Assembly: GCA_963717145.1 (NCBI GenBank)
Contig: OY970325.1
Location: 5,056,001 to 5,120,000, forward strand
DNA length: 64,000 bases
From: an uncultured Armatimonadetes bacterium
Lineage (GTDB): Bacteria; Armatimonadota; UBA5829; DTJY01
Direction: 5' to 3'
Part shown: one piece after another, positions 60,570 to 64,000 of the stretch
How the letters are laid out: every line of letters starts with the position of its first letter
How positions within the stretch are numbered: position 1 is the first letter of the stretch
The notes under the pieces: model-generated
The model's database searches: none
Seen by the model: only the letters and a program-made list of their open reading frames with translations
What the model was told of the DNA's origin: nothing
Made by a program: the position numbers and the translations under genes

Positions 60570-63500
60570 GCATAGCCAATTTCGCCGTTACCAGGCCGGT
60601 CGCGGTCGTCATGCGCATCGCCGCGCTGGTGCTGCTCGGCTTCATCTGTCTGACACGGCTTCCGGTGGACCTGCTGCCCAAGGTCACTCTGCCTACTATA
60701 TCGGTCAGCACGCAGTGGCCGAATGTCGCGCCCGAGGAGATCGAGGCCCAGGTCTCACGAGCCATCGAGCGGGCGGTCTCATCCGCGCCGAACCTGTACC
60801 AGGTCACCTCCAGCAGCCGTGAGGGCAGTTCGAGCGTCCGCGTGCAGTTCCAGTGGGGCACGGACATCGGGCAGGCGGCGGTGGATGTGCTCCAGTTGGT
60901 CGAGCGCGCGAAGAGGCAGTTCCCCACCGATCCGACGCTCCAGACGCCGACGGTCTTCAAGTTCGACCCGACCCAGATGCCGATCCTCATCTTCGGCGTC
61001 TCGGGTGAGGACGATCCTGTCAAGCTCCGGACGCTGCTGGACAACCAGGTATCGCCGATGATCGAATCGGCCGACGGGGTCGCCTCGGCGTCGGTCACCG
61101 GCGGCCAGCAGCGCGCCATCATCGTGGATGTCGATCCCGAGCGCCTGCGAGCCCACCACATCACCCTTGCCGACGTGATGAGGCGCATCGCTCAGGAGAA
61201 CCTCAACCTGCCCGCCGGCATCGCCAAGCAGGGCGAAACGGAGTACACGATCCGCAGCCTGGGCTGGTTCACCAGTCCCGAGGAGATCGCCGACCTGCCG
61301 GTAGGCGCGTTCAACGGCCAGCTCGTGCATCTTCGCGATGTGGCCGATGTCAGGGACGAGGCCCCCGAGCGGAGGCTATACACCGACTTAACGGCGAACC
61401 CGCGGTCGGCCTGATCATCACCAAGCAGAGCGGAGCGAACACCGTCGCCACCGCCGATGCTGTCTTCGAGCGGATCGAGCAGGTCAAGAAGCTCTATCCG
61501 AACCTGAAGTTCGCGATGGCCTACGACCAGGCGCAGTTCATCAAGGACTCGGTCAACGACGTCCGTGACGCCGCGATCATCGGCGGCATCCTGGCCATCC
61601 TGATCCTGCTGTTCTTCCTGCGCAACGTCCGCAGCACGCTCGTCGTCGCGCTCTCGATCCCGACCTCGATCATCTCGACCTTCGCGCTGCTCTACATGTG
61701 CGGCTTCACGATCAACACGATGTCCCTGGGCGGACTGGCGCTCGCGACCGGCCTGATCGTCGACGACGCGGTCGTGGTGCTGGAGAACATCTTCCGGCAT
61801 ATCGAGCGCGACAAGAAGACGGCCAGGGAGGCGGCCATCAGCGGGACGAACGAGATCATCTCGGCGGTCGTCGCCTCCACCTGGACGGTCATGGTCGTGT
61901 TCCTGCCGCTGCTGCTGATCAAGGGACAGGCGGGGCAGATGTTCACGCAGTTCGCGCTGGTGGTCATCTTCTCGCTCGCCGTGTCGCTGCTCGACGCGAC
62001 GACCGTCGTGCCGATGCTCGCCACCCGGCTCATCTCAGGCGAGGCCCATGCGGAGACGCTCAACAACTCTGACGGGCACAGGCATCCGCTTGCGCGCGCC
62101 TTCGCGCTCTTCGGGCGCTGGTTCGAGCCCTGGACAGCACCTATCGCGGCGCGCTTCGCTGGGCGATCCACCACCGCACGGCCGTTGTCGTCGGCGCGCT
62201 GGCGATCACCGGGGGCAGCCTGCTTCTCTTCCCGATGATCGGCACCGAGCTGATGCCGAAGACCGACAGCGGCGACTTCAGCATCAGCGTGAAGATGCCG
62301 GTCGGCACAGCGCTCGACAGACCAACCAGGCGATGCAGAGGATCGAGCAGATCGTCAGTGCGAACCCCAATGTGGAGACCGTCTTCGCCTCGGCGGGAAG
62401 TTCCGGGGTCACTCGCGGCTTCTCATCCTCGTCGATCGCCAACCGCGGCTCGGTGACCGTGAAGCTCAAGGAGGAGCGGAATACCCGGACGCTCGATGTG
62501 ATCGACGACCTGCGCAGGCAGCTCGCCTCGGTGCCGGGCGCGAAGGCGCGGCTGACGCAGACCGACATCGTCAGCCGTATCATGACCGGCGGCAGTCAGA
62601 ACATCGAGATCGACATCTTCGGCGACGACCTCGGCACCCTGTCCCACCTTGCCAAGGAGGTGATGTCCCGCGTGCGGGACGTCCCCGGACTGGAGAACGT
62701 GGACATGAACTGGCAGGAAGCGCATGCCGGAGATCCAGTGGAAGGTGGATCGGCAGAAGGCGCTGCAGCTGGGCGTGAGCTTCTCCGACGTCGCCAACAC
62801 GATCAACACGGCCACCAACGGACGCATCGCCAGCTACTACCAGGAGAAGGGGTTCCAGTATCCGATCATCGTCCAGATGCCGGAGTCACGCCGCAAGACC
62901 GTCGCGGAGATGAAGAACCTGATCGTGACTTCGAGTTCGGCCGGCGGCGCTCCCGATGGCATCCTGCTGAGCCAGGTCGCCGCTCCCGTGCTACGGCATG
63001 GGGCCGAGCGAGATCACGCGACACAACCGCCAGCGCTACATCGCCGTCACCGGCGTGCCGCAGGGCCGGTCGCCGGGCGAGATCCAGGCGGACGTTCAGA
63101 AGGCGCTCTCGGATCTGCGCGATGCCGCGGGCTACTACTGGGACTGGGGCACCAGACCAGAAGCGCCAGGCCGAGGAGTTCGGCGGGCTCTGGCTCGCCG
63201 TCTTCCTGGCGATCGCGCTCATCTACATGCTGCTCGCCTCGCAGTTCGAGTCGTTCATCCATCCGCTGACGATCCTGTTCTCGGTGCCGCTGGCGATCTC
63301 CGGCGTGATACTGGCGCTGTTCCTGACGGGCCGCTCGTTCGGCCTGACCGCGTTCATCGGCGTGCTGATGCTCGTGGGGATCGTCGTGAAGAACGGCATC
63401 CTGCTGGTGGACTACACGAACACTCTGCGCGGCCGCGGCATTGACCGCGAGGAGGCCCTACTCCGAGCCGGACCGACCCGTCTGCGGCCGATCCTGATGA

Positions 63501-63709
63501 CCGCCTCCGCCGCTGTTCTCGGCATGCTGCCGATCGCGCTCGGCCTCGGCAAGGGCTCCGAGGTGCAGGCGCCGATGGCGACGGCCGTCATCGGCGGGCT
63601 GATGACCTCGACGGTCCTGACGCTGTTCGTCGTGCCGACGGTCTACACCGCCCTGGACGATGCGGTCCTGTTCTTCAGGCGCAGGAAGGAGACAGGCAAT
63701 GACAGATGA
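60566..63709 (+). CDS. RND efflux permease, AcrB family (several indels)
   Basis: LPVDLLP, GLIVDDAVVVLENI, GIVVKNGILLVD and RLRPILMT motifs. Confidence 0.9.
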
Positions 63710-64000
63710 TCCTGAACTTGATTCAGGACTGATCGAGCAGGCATCGACGATTGCCTCGATACTCCCGAAGCTGATGCGGCGGTTCAACGCGCTCTCCGAA
63801 GGTGATCCGGCCATGGAACTGCCCATCGCCCAGTTGCGCCTGTGCTCTCACCTGCACGAGGGTTCGCGAGCGATGTCGTGCCTGGCGAAGGAACTGGGGA
63901 TATCGCTCAGCGCGGTAACGCAGATCGCGGATCGCCTGGAGCGCGCCGGTCTGATCGAGCGCATCCCGGAAGTCGATGACCGCCGGGTGAAGACGCTCAG
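63699..64000 (+). CDS. MarR family regulator (3' truncated)
   Basis: MSCLAKELGISLSAVTQIADRLERAGLIER…DDRRVK. Confidence 0.9.
   Translation, partial: MTDDPELDSGLIEQASTIASILPKLMRRFNALSEGDPAMELPIAQLRLCSHLHEGSRAMSCLAKELGISLSAVTQIADRLERAGLIERIPEVDDRRVKTL

Noticed and set aside
1-64000. tRNA, rRNA, transposase, integrase, prophage or defence genes
   Set aside because: None is recognisable in the sequence or the ORF track.

Overview
GC-rich bacterial chromosomal window from what looks like an anaerobic, carbohydrate-degrading organism; Armatimonadota-like is an inference from the DUF6785-type membrane protein and the expanded URO-D family. In order it holds: (1) 1-14366, an energy-converting group 4 (Hyc/Hyf-type) [NiFe]-hydrogenase operon preceded by an FdhF/NuoG-like subunit and a sulfhydrogenase/AsrAB-like NAD(P)-linked module, plus hycI, hypA and hypB; (2) a Tat sulfatase; (3) 15969-29862, a sugar locus with three URO-D/MtaA-fold proteins, an aldolase, an isomerase, two glycoside hydrolases and two transporters; (4) 30129-37045, a rearranged alternative complex III (actB-C-D-F-A-E) with no adjacent oxidase; (5) GH116-like, TPR, SSS symporter and uronate-isomerase-like genes; (6) a heavy-metal RND system; (7) a sulfur amino acid module (metY, YHS protein, Rrf2 regulator, cysK); (8) a PP2C sensor phosphatase and a second RND/MarR operon. 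Many intergenic gaps carry palindromic REP-like elements. About 30 single-base indels split otherwise intact genes and are probably sequencing errors. The most striking unannotated signal is a 39-aa Met-rich leader ORF (…[11 protein letters not shown]…) overlapping the metY start, a candidate methionine-sensing translational attenuator, downstream of a shared 25-bp operator-like motif.
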